A program made the position numbers and the translations under genes. Of a DNA stretch of 64,000 nt, positions 62,019 to 64,000 are shown in pieces. How positions within the stretch are numbered: position 1 is the first letter of the stretch; each line of letters opens with the position of its first letter. The stretch is from the human T2T-CHM13v2.0 reference genome, Homo sapiens, in assembly GCF_009914755.1 (NCBI RefSeq), contig NC_060947.1; one strand, given 5' to 3'. Below the pieces are notes generated by a model. That model was given only the letters and a program-made list of their open reading frames with translations, had not been told where the DNA came from and did no database searches.

Positions 62019-63062
62019 TGTGGCACGCAAGATAATGGCCCTCTAAAGACATCCATGTTCTAATCCATGGGACCTATAAATATGTTACCTTACGTTGCAA
62101 AAGGGACTTGGGATGTCATTGGGTTAAGGGTTTTAAGATAGGGAAAGGGTGCTGTATTATCCAGGTGGGCCCAATATAATCACAAGAGTCATTAAAGATG
62201 GAAGAGGGTCAGATTCAGAGAGATTTGAATATGCTATGTTGCCGATATTAAAGATGGAGGAAGGGGCCATGAAACAATGAATGCAGGTGGCTTCTATAAA
62301 ATGGGAGAGTCAAGGAAATGGATTCTCCCCTAGAGCCTCCAGAAGAAATGCAGCTTTGTGGACACCTTAGTTTTAGCTCAGTTTTAGCCCATTTTGGACT
62401 TTCATCTTGTTACTGGAAAGGGGTTCGATCCAGACCCCAGGAGAGGGTTCTTGGACCTCTCACAAAAAAGAATTGAGGTGAGTCCATAGAGTAAAGTGAA
62501 AGCAAGTTTATCAAGAAAGTAAAATTATGGTTACTCCATAGGCAGAACAGCAGTATGGGCTGCTTGATTGAGTATACTTGTAGTTATTTCTTGATTATAT
62601 GCTAAACATTATTCATGAGTTTTCTAGGAAAGGGGAGATATTTCCCCAGAACTGAGGGTCTCTCCCCTTTTTAGACTATATAGAGTGACTTCCAAACGTT
62701 GCCATGGCATTTGTAAACTGTCATAGTGCTAGTAGGAGTGTCTTTTAGCATGCTAATGAATTATAATTAGTGTATAATAAGCAGTGAGGACTGCTAGAGG
62801 TTACTTTCATTGCCATTTTGGTTTTGGTGGATTTTTGCTGGCTTCTTTACTGCATCCTGTTTTATCAGCAGAGTCTTTGTGACCTGTATCTTCTGCTGAC
62901 CTCCTATCTCATCCTGTGACTAAAAATGCCTAACCTCCTGGGAATGCAGCCCAGTATGTCTCAGCCTTTTTTTTTACCCAGCCCCTATTCTAGATGAAGT
63001 AGCTCTGGCTCAAGCATCTCTGACAATCTGACCTCCAGAATTTGTTCTGTTTTAAGCCACTC
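62019..63062 (+). mobile_element. MLT1D-like MaLR LTR, split by the MER41 LTR
   Basis: tgtggca...ataatggcc...ttatccaggtgggccca...ggattctcccctagagcctccaga; resumes at gacctccagaa after 63029. Confidence 0.75.
62408..63025 (-). mobile_element. MER41B-like ERV1 solo LTR (618 bp)
   Basis: TG...CA termini; perfect 4-bp TSD atct (62404-62407, 63026-63029); reverse complement tgtcagagatgcttgagccagagctacttcatctagaataggggctgggt matches recalled MER41. Confidence 0.88.
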
Positions 63063-63099
63063 TAGCATTATTCTCCATTTCCCTATTTCTTGAAATTCC

Positions 63100-63600
63100 T
63101 TATTCTTGAAATGACAATATTATAGAAATGGAGAAGGGAACAAATTAGTGGTTGCCTGCAGTTAAAGAACAAGGCAGGGGATGGAGAGCATGTGAGAAAT
63201 GGATATGGCTATGAGAGAGCAACAGGAGGGGTCCTTGTGATACCTAGTGTCTTGACTATATCAATGTTAAAATCTTGGTTGTGATATTGAAGGCTAATTT
63301 ACAAGATGATACCACTGGGAGAACATGAGTAAATTGTACATGGGATCTCTCTGTATAATTTCTTACAACTGTATGTGAATCTACAAAGACCTCAAAAAAA
63401 TTAATTTAAAAAATAATGGGTAGAGATGCTGGGTATATATCCAAGAGCAATGAGTGCTTATGTCCACCAAAAGACATAGCAATACTATTTGCAATAGCAC
63501 CAATCTGGAAGCTAGCCAGACTTTCATCAACAGGAGAATGAACAAAACAATTGTATATTCATAAATGGGGTATTACTCAACAATAAAAATGAATGGACTA
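63100..63600 (+). mobile_element. Old L1M fragments
   Basis: attagtggttgcc...gggatctctctgta..atttcttacaactgtatgtgaatctacaa and ttatgtccaccaaaagaca. Confidence 0.6.
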
Positions 63601-63601
63601 C

Positions 63602-63877
63602 TGCGATATTGTGAAATATATATATTTGGTCTTCCTCTTATTTCCTGGCATACCACTCCTAAAATCCTTGGGAGCTCCAAAGTGCTGTCTTTTTGTATGC
63701 TAATGATTGACTAATAACTTCAGTGTGGGACTGGTCACCAGAAAGACAAAGCATGAATAGAAGGTTGGGACTTTCCTCTAACCTCCAGGGAGGGGAGAGG
63801 GGCTTAAGGTCAAGTTGATTGCCAATGGCTAATAGTTTAATCAACCATGCCTACATAATGAAGTCTCCATAAAAATC
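63602..63877 (+). mobile_element. MER21-like LTR fragment
   Basis: ctcctaaaatccttgg...ctggtcaccagaaagac...ctccagggaggggagaggggct. Confidence 0.65.
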
Positions 63878-63879
63878 TA

Positions 63880-63932
63880 TTACGTTGGTGCAAAAGTTAC
63901 TGCTGTTTTTGCCATTAAAAGTAATGGCAAAA
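63880..63932. mobile_element. MADE1 (Hsmar1-derived MITE), truncated, abutting an Alu right arm (63933-64000)
   Basis: ttacgttggtgcaaaagttactgctgtttttgccattaaaagtaatggcaaaa. Confidence 0.85.
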
Positions 63933-64000
63933 GGTGTGGTGGCGCATGCCTGTAATCCCAGCTACTCTTCGAAACGCTGAGGCACGAGAATCACTTGAGC

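Overview
Primate DNA, almost certainly human X chromosome, containing the moesin gene MSN on the + strand. Bases 1-35230 are the distal part of the large intron 1; exon 1 (MPKT) and the promoter lie upstream of the window. Twelve coding exons (2-13) were delimited by GT-AG boundaries and join in frame into 1722 nt; with the 12 nt of exon 1 this gives 1734 nt, i.e. 577 aa plus stop (FERM domain, helical linker, C-ERMAD). A ~2 kb 3' UTR ends near AATAAA at 60323. The rest is intronic/intergenic DNA with about 34 Alu elements, L1/L2/MIR fragments, hAT DNA transposons and LTRs. Nearly all ORFs in the supplied track are Alu, microsatellite or chance artefacts. I found no evidence of a new multi-gene system. 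The best leads are: a MER41-type solo LTR with two STAT-type motifs just downstream of the gene, a near-perfect 78-bp tandem duplication of a CRE-like/FOX/GATA motif cluster in intron 2, an Alu-split Y4 RNA retrocopy, a tail-less internal L1 fragment, a nested and partly duplicated Alu, and several possible isoform routes. Repeat subfamily names come from recalled consensus sequences and need RepeatMasker confirmation.
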